Position numbers and translations under genes: made by a program
Notes under the pieces: generated by a model
What the model saw: only the letters and a program-made list of their open reading frames with translations
The model's database searches: none
Told to the model about the DNA's origin: nothing
Source: Synechococcus sp.
GTDB lineage: Bacteria; Cyanobacteriota; Cyanobacteriia; Thermostichales; PCC-7336
NCBI GenBank assembly: GCA_051439605.1
Contig: JBFRWN010000032.1
Span: forward strand, 1 to 64,000
Direction: 5' to 3'
Length of the DNA stretch: 64,000 nt
In this document: positions 20,655 to 31,948 of the stretch, piece after piece
Numbering within the stretch: the first letter of the stretch is position 1
Layout of the letters: each line of letters opens with the position of its first letter

Positions 20655-21083
20655 TTATTGCAACAGGTAAAGACTCATAAATAGGGCTATTGCGGCTCCC
20701 ATTGCTCCGAAAATGAGGATATTTTTTTGGCCGGGTGTCATTGCATTGACCCCTAAGCCATAGCTAAGGTTTTCCTCAAACCCCGAGGCTTTACCTAAGG
20801 CTCCTACATCCTCAAACAGGTTCTGCGAGGCGTTACAGACTGGACAGCGCCAAGATTCGGGGAGTTCTTCAAACGGGACCCCAACTGCGATCTTGCTTTG
20901 GGGATCGCCCTTGGTGGGCTCGTAGGTATAGTCGCAGGATCGACATTTATAGCGATGCATGTCTGCTGGCTTGATGCCAAATGCAGCCTGTTCTTCCAAC
21001 TCAATATCGTCGCTTAAGTCGATAATGGGTGGCTCGATCGGATTGGTATCAGACGCTAGATTGGGAGGGGGATCGGCAGGCAT
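20655..21083 (-). CDS. rubA: Membrane-anchored rubredoxin RubA (start uncertain)
   Basis: CRSC.Y.Y.P..GD..WRCPVC, SGFEENL.YG.GVN.MTPGQKNILIFG, C-terminal TM; upstream of ycf48. Confidence 0.93.
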   Translation of the reverse strand: MPADPPPNLASDTNPIEPPIIDLSDDIELEEQAAFGIKPADMHRYKCRSCDYTYEPTKGDPQSKIAVGVPFEELPESWRCPVCNASQNLFEDVGALGKASGFEENLSYGLGVNAMTPGQKNILIFGAMGAAIALFMSLYLLQ

Positions 21084-21261
21084 GATGGTTGAGCTACGGT
21101 GCAGCTTGCGTACTAAATCAATTATCAACTTTTCCGTTACAAAAATCCATATTCTTTGCCGCTGGCTTTACTGAGATTGTCAAGTTGGTGAGGCCATCTC
21201 CGCTTTCCAGATCTCTCACTGTGCAATAATTCTGCTCTCTGCGGACTAGAGGTTCTCAGGG

Positions 21262-22518
21262 TTATTCAGGTTTGGCATCGAGACTCATGGCCCTGTCCAG
21301 AGCCGCTTTTTCTGCTGCACGATGGGCGTAAGGCTGCAGGTCTTGTGGGTTGAGTGCGGTTAATAAGGCCAGATCTTCTACCTTGACTCCCCTCATCAAC
21401 ATATCGACGCACCAAGTTTGACGGGCTTGATCCAGGGTGGGGATGGTTCCTTGCGGAGTCAATAAACCCTCAACGATCGATCTCCAACGGTTGCGAATAT
21501 CCCCTTCTCCAGTTGGGGTTCCCTCTCCGACGAAGAACATCGCTTGCCAGCTGTCTTTCCGACTGTTCAGCCACTGGTTCAAAGGATTGCGGGAGTCCGT
21601 TCCATATCGTTGTCCCAGGATCCAGCGATTCATGGGGACCTGACGGACAGCACCTTGGGTGACTTGTAAAAGGTGTTGAGGTGGATCGTTAATATAATGC
21701 CATCTCTCTAATGCTGCGATTTCAGCCACGGTCAAGCCCGTCGAGAATACGAGATAAGCTAAGGCATAGTCCTGCCCCCCCTGTTTCTTTGCTCGCTGCA
21801 ATATTTGTTTCACTAAGTTGGCAGGCAAGTCAGAAACAACTTGCTGCGCTGAGCTTCTCATTTCTTGTGAGTCTTGCCGATCGCTTGCTGGTCGGTCCGC
21901 TTGCAGTCGCACCATTGGCGATTCCCGACCAAAGAAGGCTCGAACATCTTCTAGAAAGTCCTCTCTGTCTGACCACAGATTGTGGGCATCGCTGGTGAAC
22001 TCAAGGACGGCATATCCCAAAACCATTGAGTTCAACAAACGAGCCAAACTTTGGATGGTGGCAGCATCTAAATCAGCGGTTGGTGGCAGCGTTTCTGCCA
22101 AGTGTTGGGTGGCTGCTCGGTTGAGCTGAGTCAATACACGCCCTAATGCTTGGCAACTATCTTCTGAAAATTGTCCGGACTCCCCCACCAGCGATCTCAC
22201 GAATGCCGATCCTTGGTCGAGCAGCTCCAACAGGACACTAGCGTACTGGCGTACTGCCTCCGACACCTCCCGAGATGGCTCGTGGGGGGACGATCCATCA
22301 TGCAATCCCAAGGCATCCCGCAACAATGTGAAAACATCTGTGGTTTCCAGCAGGCCGGAAAGCAAGCCATACTTGCTTCCAAACTGGCGAAATAGGGTGA
22401 CTTCGTTGACTTCTGCCAGCTCGGCAATTTGCTTGGTGGTGGTTTCGTGAATCCCCTGAGAGAAGAAAAGCTGCTGGGCGGATTCGATGAGGCGATCGCG
22501 GGAGGAAGTTCGGCTCAT
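21262..22518 (-). CDS. TetR-family regulator fused to a degenerate tyrosine-recombinase-like C-terminal domain
   Basis: N-terminal TetR HTH (LFFSQGIHETTTKQIAELAEVNEVTLFRQFGSK); C-terminal DYALAYLVFSTGLTVAEIAAL...RQVPM...LDQARQTWCVDMLMRG...QPY is colinear with the XerC/D catalytic core. Confidence 0.85.
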   Translation of the reverse strand: MSRTSSRDRLIESAQQLFFSQGIHETTTKQIAELAEVNEVTLFRQFGSKYGLLSGLLETTDVFTLLRDALGLHDGSSPHEPSREVSEAVRQYASVLLELLDQGSAFVRSLVGESGQFSEDSCQALGRVLTQLNRAATQHLAETLPPTADLDAATIQSLARLLNSMVLGYAVLEFTSDAHNLWSDREDFLEDVRAFFGRESPMVRLQADRPASDRQDSQEMRSSAQQVVSDLPANLVKQILQRAKKQGGQDYALAYLVFSTGLTVAEIAALERWHYINDPPQHLLQVTQGAVRQVPMNRWILGQRYGTDSRNPLNQWLNSRKDSWQAMFFVGEGTPTGEGDIRNRWRSIVEGLLTPQGTIPTLDQARQTWCVDMLMRGVKVEDLALLTALNPQDLQPYAHRAAEKAALDRAMSLDAKPE

Positions 22519-22527
22519 AAATTAGAA

Positions 22528-22592
22528 GCAAGTGGTGCTTGCAAAAAAAAAGGAATACTGGTACTCTTTCAGTGTAAGCGATACTTGCACTG
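22528..22592. promoter_or_regulatory. Two palindromic operator candidates, consensus G(C/T)AAG-N5-CTTGC
   Basis: GCAAG-tggtg-CTTGC at 22528-22542 and CAGTGTAAG-cgata-CTTGCACTG at 22570-22592, in the 110-bp spacer between divergent tetR and desaturase genes. Confidence 0.7.
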
Positions 22593-22628
22593 CCGCAATC
22601 CTTTTTGTCGGCAGCTAGGGAGAATTTG

Positions 22629-23468
22629 ATGACCCAACTTTCCTCTGCGACCCCCCGGGAGAGGGGGGAGTCCTTGGCGCTGAGCTGGCCAATGGTTGCA
22701 TTTTTCGGCGGCGTCCATGCGATCGCCCTCCTCTCGATCTTTTACTTTTCCTGGTCTGCTCTGGGGATAACCCTCTTTCTGCATTGGCTGCTGGGCAGTA
22801 TCGGCATTTGTCTGGGCTACCACCGCTTGCTCACTCACAAAAGCTTTCAAGTACCCAAATGGTTGGAATACATCATTGCAACGATTGGAGCATTAGCCAT
22901 ACAAGGTGGCCCCATTTTCTGGGTGGCAGGGCATCGCCAACACCATGCGTTTGCGGAAGACATCGATAAAGATCCGTATTCTGCCAAGCGGGGCTTTTGG
23001 TGGAGTCACATCCTTTGGATGGTGTATCCCAAATCTTCCACCTTCTCCCATCAGTCGTACATGCGGTTTGCCCCTGACTTAGCTCGCGATCGCTACTATC
23101 GCTGGTTAGATCGCTACTTCATTTTGTTGCAACTGCCACTTGCAGCAGTTCTATACGCTCTGGGTGGCTGGTCCTTTGTGATCTACGGCATCTTCTTGCG
23201 CTCCGTCCTCCTTTGGCATTCAACTTGGCTGATCAACTCAGCGACTCACGTATGGGGAGAGCGCGATCACGATGTGAATGACAATTCCCGCAATCTTTGG
23301 TGGGCAGCGCTACTGACTTACGGTGAAGGCTGGCACAACAATCATCACGCCTATCCACGCGTAGCACCTGCGGGATGGAAATGGTGGCAGATCGATGTCA
23401 CTTGGTGGTTAATTCAAGGGTTGCAGTCTGTGGGTTTGGCCAGAAAGGTAGTCATGCCTCCCCACTAA
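22629..23468 (+). CDS. desC: Delta-9 acyl-lipid desaturase (DesC-like)
   Basis: His boxes GYHRLLTH, HRQHH, GEGWHNNHH; WLINSATH; WWQIDVTW. Confidence 0.9.
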   Translation: MTQLSSATPRERGESLALSWPMVAFFGGVHAIALLSIFYFSWSALGITLFLHWLLGSIGICLGYHRLLTHKSFQVPKWLEYIIATIGALAIQGGPIFWVAGHRQHHAFAEDIDKDPYSAKRGFWWSHILWMVYPKSSTFSHQSYMRFAPDLARDRYYRWLDRYFILLQLPLAAVLYALGGWSFVIYGIFLRSVLLWHSTWLINSATHVWGERDHDVNDNSRNLWWAALLTYGEGWHNNHHAYPRVAPAGWKWWQIDVTWWLIQGLQSVGLARKVVMPPH

Positions 23469-23497
23469 TTGTTTCAAGCTTTACAAGTTTTTCTCAG

Positions 23498-23524
23498 GCG
23501 CCTGCAGTATCTTATTGCAGGCGC
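23498..23524. terminator. Hairpin between convergent desC and xseB
   Basis: GCGCCTGCA-N9-TGCAGGCGC, 9-bp stem. Confidence 0.55.
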
Positions 23525-23558
23525 TGCTTACATCAGAGGTGGAGCGCACATCATACCC

Positions 23559-23831
23559 TCAAAACTGCAACCCTATATCTCCATTATCGGAATTTTCATT
23601 TAGGCTATCTGGCAGAGAGCCATGGGCAGGATTTTTTGCCTGAATCTCAATTACTTTTTGCTCGGCGTTTGTCAAAAACTCCCGACATTGCTCGAGCAAC
23701 TGTATACCTTCTTCGAAGAGCAGCAGTAAATCCGCCAGAGGAATCGTCCCATTTTCCAGTAATACAGTAATTTCTTCCAGCCGGGCTAGCTGGTCTTCAA
23801 ACGGAGGTTGATTGCGGGTCTTTCTTGCCAA
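23559..23831 (-). CDS. xseB: Exodeoxyribonuclease VII small subunit
   Basis: FEDQLARLEEI..LENG.IPL.D....FEEG..L..C..L..AEQKV; probable TTG start overlapping the xseA end. Confidence 0.9.
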   Translation of the reverse strand: MARKTRNQPPFEDQLARLEEITVLLENGTIPLADLLLLFEEGIQLLEQCREFLTNAEQKVIEIQAKNPAHGSLPDSLNENSDNGDIGLQF

Positions 23832-25029
23832 GGTCCTGAGATGACGTGCGAGATATCCCGTCAATAGTAGCGCGAGCTGTCTGCTTGGTACGCACAATCT
23901 CCACCCGATCGCCTTCTTCCATTGAGTTCTGTGGTGACAGTAATTTCCCTTGACGCCTGATGAGAGCAAACCCCCGTTCCAGCGGAGCGAGAGGATTTAA
24001 TGCCTTTAATTGGGTGGCAGTTACTGCCAACTGTTGCTGCTTGCGAACGAATGCTTGCCTCATGGCGATCGTCAATTTTGCCTCCCCCTCATCCACCTGC
24101 TGTTGCGCCGCATGCAGGCGATCGCCTGCCGACCGAAACCCGAAGCTATTGCCTAACACCTCCAGACGTGTGTTTTGCTCCTGCAAGGCATTCCCGATCC
24201 GCTCGTCCAGTAGCATTTGGCGATCGTCCAACCATGCCAGCAGATTCTGTAAGGGTTGCGGACTTGCAAGTTCTGCTGCAGCTGTCGGGGTCGCTGCCCG
24301 AGCATCCGCAACAAAATCTGCAATTGTAAAGTCTGTCTCGTGTCCCACTGCAGAAATAATTGGAATCTCCGATTGGACAATCGCATCAGCAACTTCAACG
24401 GTGTTGAAGGCCCACAGATCCTCTAGCGAGCCGCCTCCACGTCCAACAATCGCCACATTGCACGAAGTCTCTCGATTCAAGGTCGCGATCGCGTTGGCTA
24501 TTTCCTCGGGGGCTCTTTCCCCCTGTACCGCTGTTGCCACCAGATACACTTGGCAGGCAGGCATCCTCCGTTCCAGCGTACTGAGAATATCGCGAATCGC
24601 CGCCCCTGTTGCAGAAGTCACAACGCCGACTTTCAACGGTAGAGAGGGTAAAGGACGCTTGCGATCGCGATCAAAATATCCCTTTGCAGCCAGCTCCTCC
24701 TTCAGAGCTTCGAATGCCAGATACAGTTCCCCCTGTCCAAGCGGCTGCACCTGAATGCAATCGATTTGGTACTGTCCGCGCGGCGAATAAACTGTTAATT
24801 CCCCGGTGACAATGACCTTCATTCCGTTGCCAGGAAGAAAAGACAGCGATCGCCCTCGCCACAGGGTGCAAGATATCTGTCCCCCTTCATCTTTGAGGGT
24901 GAAATAGCGATGGCCGGAGCGTGCTCGCGTGAAATTAGAAATCTCCCCCATAACGCTGACTGTCCCCACGCTTTCGGAAAGAATGGCGGCAATCGCCTGA
25001 TTTAATTGGGTGACGCTGATAGCCTGCAT
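23797..25029 (-). CDS. xseA: Exodeoxyribonuclease VII large subunit
   Basis: GEISN..SGHRYFTLKD, GVVTSATGAAIRD, GRGGGSLEDLWAFN, SAVGHETD, AATPTAAAE. Confidence 0.97.
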   Translation of the reverse strand: MQAISVTQLNQAIAAILSESVGTVSVMGEISNFTRARSGHRYFTLKDEGGQISCTLWRGRSLSFLPGNGMKVIVTGELTVYSPRGQYQIDCIQVQPLGQGELYLAFEALKEELAAKGYFDRDRKRPLPSLPLKVGVVTSATGAAIRDILSTLERRMPACQVYLVATAVQGERAPEEIANAIATLNRETSCNVAIVGRGGGSLEDLWAFNTVEVADAIVQSEIPIISAVGHETDFTIADFVADARAATPTAAAELASPQPLQNLLAWLDDRQMLLDERIGNALQEQNTRLEVLGNSFGFRSAGDRLHAAQQQVDEGEAKLTIAMRQAFVRKQQQLAVTATQLKALNPLAPLERGFALIRRQGKLLSPQNSMEEGDRVEIVRTKQTARATIDGISRTSSQDLGKKDPQSTSV

Positions 25030-25199
25030 GGAACGGGAGATAAATGCCGTATGTCAGCTTAGCTCCAGATTCTGCTGATAGAAGAAGCTTTCAGATAAAC
25101 AAACCAAGTATTTATCAAAATTCACGGCAAGAGGACTTTCCTCCGACCGTGGACGGTATACCGACGATTAAACCTATCAAAACAACGCTGGAGGCTTTC

Positions 25200-25520
25200 C
25201 TACAACTTCACTTCGATATCAACGCCAGCAGGCAGATCGAGCTTCATTAACGCGTCAATCGTTTTGGAAGAAGGCGAGTAGATATCTATAATACGGCGGT
25301 GAGTGCGGGTCTCAAAGTGTTCTCGGGAGTCTTTATTGACGTGGGGAGAACGCAAAACACAGTAAACCCGACGGCGAGTCGGTAGAGGAATCGGACCTAC
25401 TGCTGCTGCTTGAGTCCGATTCGCTGTTTCTACGATCTTGTCGCAGGAGGTATCCAGTAAACGGTGATCGTATGCTTTGAGGCGAATGCGAATTTTTTGT
25501 TGGGCCAGAGTAGAGGTCAT
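25200..25520 (-). CDS. rpsJ: 30S ribosomal protein S10
   Basis: [34 protein letters not shown]. Confidence 0.99.
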   Translation of the reverse strand: MTSTLAQQKIRIRLKAYDHRLLDTSCDKIVETANRTQAAAVGPIPLPTRRRVYCVLRSPHVNKDSREHFETRTHRRIIDIYSPSSKTIDALMKLDLPAGVDIEVKL

Positions 25521-25623
25521 TGGAGTTTGCCAATTAGGACTAGAGACAAGAATGACGCAGGATGCCAAACAATAAGTCATCATGACATTATTCCAGACAA
25601 ACCTGCGCCAAATTCATCGAAGA

Positions 25624-26838
25624 TTACTCAACGATTTCAGATACGACGCCTGCGCCTACGGTGCGGCCACCTTCGCGAATTGCGAAGCGCATGCCTTTTT
25701 CAATAGCAATGGGGTTGATCAAGCTGACGCTCATTTTGATGCGATCGCCAGGCATCACCATTTCTGCATCGGAACCATCGTCTGCGGTAAATGCATCGAT
25801 GGTGCCAGTTACGTCAGTGGTTCGCACGTAGAACTGGGGACGGTAACCAGGGAAGAAAGGGGTGTGACGGCCACCCTCTTCCTTCTTGAGGATGTAAACC
25901 TCGGACTTGAACTTGGTGTGAGGGGTAATGGAACCAGGCTTCGCCAGTACCATTCCACGCTCGATTTCATCTTTTTGAATACCGCGAAGCAGAACTCCGA
26001 CGTTATCGCCGGCCATCCCTTCGTCCAGGGTTTTCTGGAACATCTCAACACCAGTCACGGTGGTAGAGCGGGTATCGGCCAAGCCCACCAGCTCGATGGT
26101 TTCGCCAACCTTGACCTTGCCACGCTCGATACGACCGGTTGCGACGGTGCCGCGACCAGTGATGGAGAAAACGTCCTCAACCGCCATCAGGAAGGGCTTG
26201 TCAATATCGCGCTCGGGGGCGGGAATGTATGCATCGACTTCATCCATCAGCTTGTAGATCTTGTCAGCCCACTCACCAGGACTGCCACCCACTAGCTCCT
26301 CAACAGCCTTCAGAGCGGATCCGGTAACGATTGGAATCTCATCGCCGTCGAAATCGTACTCAGATAGAAGCTCGCGAACTTCCAGTTCAACTAGCTCCAG
26401 TAGTTCCTCGTCGTCCACTTGGTCTTCCTTGTTCAGGAATACAACTAAGTTGGGAACGCCTACCTGACGAGCTAAAAGGATGTGCTCGCGGGTTTGAGGC
26501 ATGGGGCCATCAGCAGCTGAAACCACTAAAATAGCACCATCCATCTGGGCTGCCCCAGTAATCATGTTTTTTACGTAGTCAGCGTGACCGGGACAGTCTA
26601 CGTGAGCGTAGTGACGGCCCTCAGTCTCGTACTCTACGTGGGCGGTGTTGATGGTGATACCGCGAGCTTTCTCTTCGGGAGCAGCGTCGATATCTTCGTA
26701 ATTACGAGCCTTAGCGCCACCTTTTGCTGCCAAGCTCATGGTGATCGCGGCGGTTAAGGTTGTTTTGCCGTGGTCAACGTGGCCAATGGTGCCAATATTG
26801 ACGTGGGGCTTAGTCCGTTCGAATTTCTCGCGTGCCAT
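25624..26838 (-). CDS. tuf: Elongation factor Tu
   Basis: [43 protein letters not shown]. Confidence 0.99.
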   Translation of the reverse strand: MAREKFERTKPHVNIGTIGHVDHGKTTLTAAITMSLAAKGGAKARNYEDIDAAPEEKARGITINTAHVEYETEGRHYAHVDCPGHADYVKNMITGAAQMDGAILVVSAADGPMPQTREHILLARQVGVPNLVVFLNKEDQVDDEELLELVELEVRELLSEYDFDGDEIPIVTGSALKAVEELVGGSPGEWADKIYKLMDEVDAYIPAPERDIDKPFLMAVEDVFSITGRGTVATGRIERGKVKVGETIELVGLADTRSTTVTGVEMFQKTLDEGMAGDNVGVLLRGIQKDEIERGMVLAKPGSITPHTKFKSEVYILKKEEGGRHTPFFPGYRPQFYVRTTDVTGTIDAFTADDGSDAEMVMPGDRIKMSVSLINPIAIEKGMRFAIREGGRTVGAGVVSEIVE

Positions 26839-26856
26839 TTGTCTGTGTTCCTCTGT

Positions 26857-28935
26857 TTAGTCGTTCCCTTTGTACTTAGCGACGATGGTATCGGCGATAC
26901 TGCGAGGTACCTCCTCGTAGTTGCTGAATTCCATCGAGAAAGTACCGCGTCCTTGAGTTTTGGATCGGATGTCGGTGGCATAGCCGAACATTTCCGCCAA
27001 AGGTACTTTAGCAGTTACTTTGGCAACTGGATCGCCCGGATCCATAGACTCTACTTGTCCGCGGCGAGAGTTAAGATCGCCAATCACATCTCCGAGGAAG
27101 TCGTTGGGAACTTCCACCTCGACTTTCATCCCGGGCTCTAGTAAAACGGGATTGCACCGTTGAACGGCCTCCCGCAGCGCCATAGAGCCCGCAATTTTAA
27201 AGGCCATCTCACTCGAATCAACCTCATGATAAGAACCGTCCAACAGCGTGGCACGGACGTCGATGAGGGGATAACCTGCGACAACACCTGATTCACAGGC
27301 TTCCTTGATGCCTTCCTCAACCGGGCCAATGTATTCCTTAGGAACAACCCCCCCCACGATTTTGGAGACAAACTCAAACCCAGAGCCTTCTTCGTTCGGT
27401 TCTAGGGCAATCACTACATGTCCGTACTGCCCCTTCCCACCGCTCTGACGTATAAACTTTCCTTCCACCTTGTCGACTGATTTGCGGATGGTTTCTCGAT
27501 AGGCTACCTGAGGTGCCCCTACGTTAGCTTCCACACTAAATTCCCGCAGCATGCGATCCACCAGGATCTCGAGGTGCAGCTCTCCCATTCCAGAAATCAC
27601 AGTCTGATTGGTTTCGGGATCGACAGCAACCCGGAAGGTGGGATCTTCTTCTGACAAAGACTGTAAGGCTTTAGAAAGCTTTTCTAAGTCCGCTTTTGTC
27701 TTAGGTTCTACGGCTACGGAAATCACCGGCTCGGGAATGAATAGTGACTCCAAAACCACGGGTTGACTAGAGTCGCACAGGGTATCCCCCGTAAACGTGT
27801 TCTTCAAACCCAGAACTGCCCCCAGATCCCCCGCTCGCAGTTCATCCACATCAATCCGTTCGTCAGCTTTCATGACGATCAGTCGAGAAATGCGCTCTTT
27901 TTTACCCTTAACAGGATTCAGAACGTAAGTGCCCTTTTGCAACACTCCGGAATAAACGCGGAGGAATGTCAGGCGACCGTAAGGATCGGACATGACTTTG
28001 AAGGCAAGGGCAGCCATCGGTTCATCGTCATCCGCTTTGCGTTCTTCCTCTTCCCCGCTTTCGAGGTGACCTTTAATAGCCGGGACGTCGATGGGGGCGG
28101 GCAGGTAGTCAACCACTGCATCTAACAGCAGTTGAACACCTTTATTTTTGAAGGCAGAGCCACAAAGAGTTGGCATAATCTGGTTGGCAATGGTGGCTTG
28201 ACGTAAGCCTTGCTTAATTTCTGCCGTTGTTAGCTCTTCACCCTCTAGAAATTTCTCTGTCAGAATATCGTTGGTTTCTGCTACAGCCTCAATGAGTTGC
28301 TCGCGGTATTTTGCCGCCAGTTCTTGCATGGCCTCAGGTATATCGGTCACTTCAATGTCGGTGCCCAGATCGTTGGTGTAAATGTGGGCCTTCATCTCCA
28401 CAAGGTCTACCAAACCAGCAAAGTTGTCTTCCGCTCCAATTGGTAATTGAATCGCTACTGCATTCGTCTTCAGGCGATCGCGCATTTGACCGAGGACCAT
28501 ATAGAAGTCCGCACCCGTGCGATCCATTTTGTTGACGAAAGCCATACGCGGAACCGCATAGCGATTGGCTTGTCGCCATACCGTTTCCGTTTGCGGCTGA
28601 ACGCCATCCACAGAAGAGAAAACGACGATAACACCGTCGAGCACCCGCATAGAACGTTCGACTTCAATCGTGAAATCAACGTGTCCGGGAGTGTCAATGA
28701 TATTGATTCGGTGGTTCTTCCAGTTGGTGGAAATTGCAGCCGCAGTAATTGTGATGCCGCGCTCCCGCTCCTGAGCCATCCAGTCAGTAACTGCGTTACC
28801 GTCGTGCACCTCACCGATCTTGTGGACGATGCCGGAGTAAAAAAGGATTCTCTCAGTAGTAGTGGTTTTTCCCGCATCAATGTGTGCGGCAATCCCAATA
28901 TTCCGAACTGTATTCAGTGGAATGGTGCGAGCCAC
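26857..28935 (-). CDS. fusA: Elongation factor G (GTG start after GGAGG)
   Basis: [35 protein letters not shown]; in the str operon. Confidence 0.99.
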   Translation of the reverse strand: MARTIPLNTVRNIGIAAHIDAGKTTTTERILFYSGIVHKIGEVHDGNAVTDWMAQERERGITITAAAISTNWKNHRINIIDTPGHVDFTIEVERSMRVLDGVIVVFSSVDGVQPQTETVWRQANRYAVPRMAFVNKMDRTGADFYMVLGQMRDRLKTNAVAIQLPIGAEDNFAGLVDLVEMKAHIYTNDLGTDIEVTDIPEAMQELAAKYREQLIEAVAETNDILTEKFLEGEELTTAEIKQGLRQATIANQIMPTLCGSAFKNKGVQLLLDAVVDYLPAPIDVPAIKGHLESGEEEERKADDDEPMAALAFKVMSDPYGRLTFLRVYSGVLQKGTYVLNPVKGKKERISRLIVMKADERIDVDELRAGDLGAVLGLKNTFTGDTLCDSSQPVVLESLFIPEPVISVAVEPKTKADLEKLSKALQSLSEEDPTFRVAVDPETNQTVISGMGELHLEILVDRMLREFSVEANVGAPQVAYRETIRKSVDKVEGKFIRQSGGKGQYGHVVIALEPNEEGSGFEFVSKIVGGVVPKEYIGPVEEGIKEACESGVVAGYPLIDVRATLLDGSYHEVDSSEMAFKIAGSMALREAVQRCNPVLLEPGMKVEVEVPNDFLGDVIGDLNSRRGQVESMDPGDPVAKVTAKVPLAEMFGYATDIRSKTQGRGTFSMEFSNYEEVPRSIADTIVAKYKGND

Positions 28936-29056
28936 AACAGCCTCCATTTATTCGCCCGATTCCAGGACGAATCTTTTCATCGATGTCCAGCCTTCTGAGG
29001 ATTCGCACGTTAGTGCATCACTTTAGCCAGGCAGATTTAAGACGAGCAACTTGAAC

Positions 29057-29527
29057 TTAGTAGCGATAATGGGCAAATGCTTTGTTGGCCTCTGCCATGC
29101 GGTGGGTTTCTTCACGCTTGCGGATGGTGTTGCCAGTTTCGTTGGCAGCATCCATCAGTTCGTTGGCTAGCTTCATTGACATGGTTTTACCAGGACGAGA
29201 GCGAGAGAAGCTGGTCAACCAACGTAATGCAAGGGTTGTACCCCGCTCTCCGCGCACTTCCATCGGTACTTGGTAAGTGGCACCGCCCACTCGGCGGGCT
29301 TTAACCTCGACCATGGGGGTTGCGTTACGCAAACCGTTCTCAACAACTTCAAGTGGCTCGGAACCGGTTCGCTCAGCAATGATATCCATTGCGTCGTAGA
29401 CGATTTTAGAGGCCAGAGAGGCCTTTCCGTCTAACATCAGCTTACGGATCAACATTGCGACCAGACGGCTACCGTACTTGGGGTCGGGGGTAACTTCGCG
29501 GCGAGTGGCACGATTGCGACGGGACAT
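29057..29527 (-). CDS. rpsG: 30S ribosomal protein S7
   Basis: [35 protein letters not shown]. Confidence 0.99.
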   Translation of the reverse strand: MSRRNRATRREVTPDPKYGSRLVAMLIRKLMLDGKASLASKIVYDAMDIIAERTGSEPLEVVENGLRNATPMVEVKARRVGGATYQVPMEVRGERGTTLALRWLTSFSRSRPGKTMSMKLANELMDAANETGNTIRKREETHRMAEANKAFAHYRY

Positions 29528-29584
29528 GGCAACAAATAAAACCTAAATAGTGATTGATGACTTCTTGAGGCAAATGGAGTTTAG

Positions 29585-29959
29585 TTAGTCTTTGGGACGC
29601 TTGGCACCGTACTTGGAACGACCCTGACGGCGATCCTTCACACCAGCAGTGTCGAGTGTGCCGCGAATAATGTGATAGCGAACACCGGGTAGGTCCTTCA
29701 CGCGTCCGCCACGAATCATGACAACAGAGTGTTCTTGCAGGTTATGTCCAATCCCTGGAATGTACGCGGTAACTTCGAAGCCGGAAGTCAATCTTACACG
29801 AGCCACCTTACGAAGAGCAGAGTTAGGCTTCTTGGGAGTAGTAGTGTAAACACGGGTGCAGACTCCCCGACGCTGGGGGCAAGCCTTTAGTGCGGGCGAC
29901 TTAGACTTTTGCTTCGCGACGCTTCGTTCTTCTCGTATGAGCTGCTGAATGGTGGGCAT
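29585..29959 (-). CDS. rpsL: 30S ribosomal protein S12
   Basis: [35 protein letters not shown]. Confidence 0.99.
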   Translation of the reverse strand: MPTIQQLIREERSVAKQKSKSPALKACPQRRGVCTRVYTTTPKKPNSALRKVARVRLTSGFEVTAYIPGIGHNLQEHSVVMIRGGRVKDLPGVRYHIIRGTLDTAGVKDRRQGRSKYGAKRPKD

Positions 29960-30201
29960 ATAAGTTGGAGTTGAGATCGTAGGGTTTAGTACTGAGTCAA
30001 TATTGCAACCAGCATTGAAAGCTAAGCCTATGCGATAGCACTATTGCTATACTGTTGCACCGAAGAAGAATCCTAACAAGATTAGAATACCTGTGTCAAT
30101 TTTCTGCAATTGAAATTCTTAGTTCATAAGAGGCTTGCAGGCTAGTACACAGTTCGTTATGCTCTTAACTGCACCGGAAAAATATACGGGTGCAGGTACA
30201 A

Positions 30202-30274
<73 letters not shown>

Positions 30275-30551
30275 TCCCCCGATCTGAAAAGTTTTAGATT
30301 CTGGGAGTCCATTCTCTCAGAAACTTTCGATGTATTGCCACTTGAGGATGATCGTAGCTAGCAGTAGTTCACAGTAGCCGTCAGTTTTCCACTAACTTGG
30401 CATTGTGGGGGTTGGATGGCATGCACGCTCGAATGTTGGCAAGACATCAGGACGAGCGAATCCATCGACGCTATGCCAAGCGGGCGATGTAGGTGGTGGC
30501 GGAGCAGGCGTTTTTCCAAGCAGTTGAGGAACGGGACGAAGACTGATTCGA

Positions 30552-30977
<426 letters not shown>

Positions 30978-31218
30978 TTATGGGTCTCAAGCCGCCTCCA
31001 AATTGCGAAGAATTATTGTTCTTTTGATAGAGCTAGGCTGGCTGCCAAATAATTGAGAATCAACCGATGGAAATGTGTTTCCAAGATGAGTCTTATTGCT
31101 CCTTTGGAGTCCTGCCTTCATTTGTTACCCTGAGCCGGTTGCAAAGCGATAAATACTTTAGCCTTCTCAACCGGCTTGATTCACTACAACGCGCAACAGG
31201 CTTGTTCTTCCCAGATAC

Positions 31219-31804
31219 TCATAAATGTGCAGAGAGAAACACATCTGGTGAGGCTCGCAATATTATTTTTTGCTTGTCAGTACGACTAAGAAGCTCTTTC
31301 CGCTCCAAATCGCACAGCAACCTCGTCACGGTCACGCGCTTAGAACCAATCAGTTCACCCAATTCATAGTGCGTAAGGCGTAAGTTGATCGCCCTACCTT
31401 CAGCGACATCACTCCCAAATTTGCTGGCTATCCAGCCCAGACAATTCATTAATTGGGTGCGGGTGTGCTTGTGCTTACAGAAACTGGTCAGGATTTCAGA
31501 TTGTTGGAATTGCCGCGCGATCGTTTCGCCAATGGCCCCCCACGGGTTTGGCATCAACAGGGTTGCTTCGACAGCTGTCAAACACTCAAGCTTGATAGGC
31601 TGTCCGGGTCGTAAGGGGCTGCCAGACTACTTCAGATGTCCCCCACAATCCCAAAACGGCAATCTCTCCCTCTTCGCTCTAGGTCAGGGTACGAACCACC
31701 CCCCGCTCAATTCTCAACGGTTGATTGGGATGGAGCGGAAGCTGTTCCCGAGCGCTGAAGTTCTTATGAGCTTGCTACCATTGATGGGGCAAGAGTTGGC
31801 CCAT
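31219..31804 (-). pseudogene. Crp/Fnr-family (CysR/PtrA-like) regulator pseudogene
   Basis: One frame reads FSAREQLPL..LRIERGVVRTLT*SEEG..VLGLWG with TAG at 31775-7 and 31679-81; a frameshift near 31590 leads into LECLTAVEAT...LRLTHYELGELIGSKRVTVTRLL (HTH). Confidence 0.85.
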
Positions 31805-31948
31805 GAGGGAGTTGCTCTTTCACAGCAACTTGCGAGTTCCCCTGTGCAGATTTTTATCAACTGGCCGTTAGCAGTCTTCTCAAGTGCTCTGATTTGGAGG
31901 AAAGATCTGTTCGTCACACAGGAGCCCATGGGTTAGACACAACATAAT

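Noticed and set aside
21262..21840. Active integrase or invertible DNA switch at desC
   Set aside because: Catalytic Arg and both His positions are substituted, and no flanking att sites or long inverted repeats were seen.
25582..26295. 237-aa ORF antisense to tuf (similar long antisense ORFs in uvrA, xseA and fusA)
   Set aside because: Shadow ORFs caused by codon bias of conserved genes; no protein motifs.
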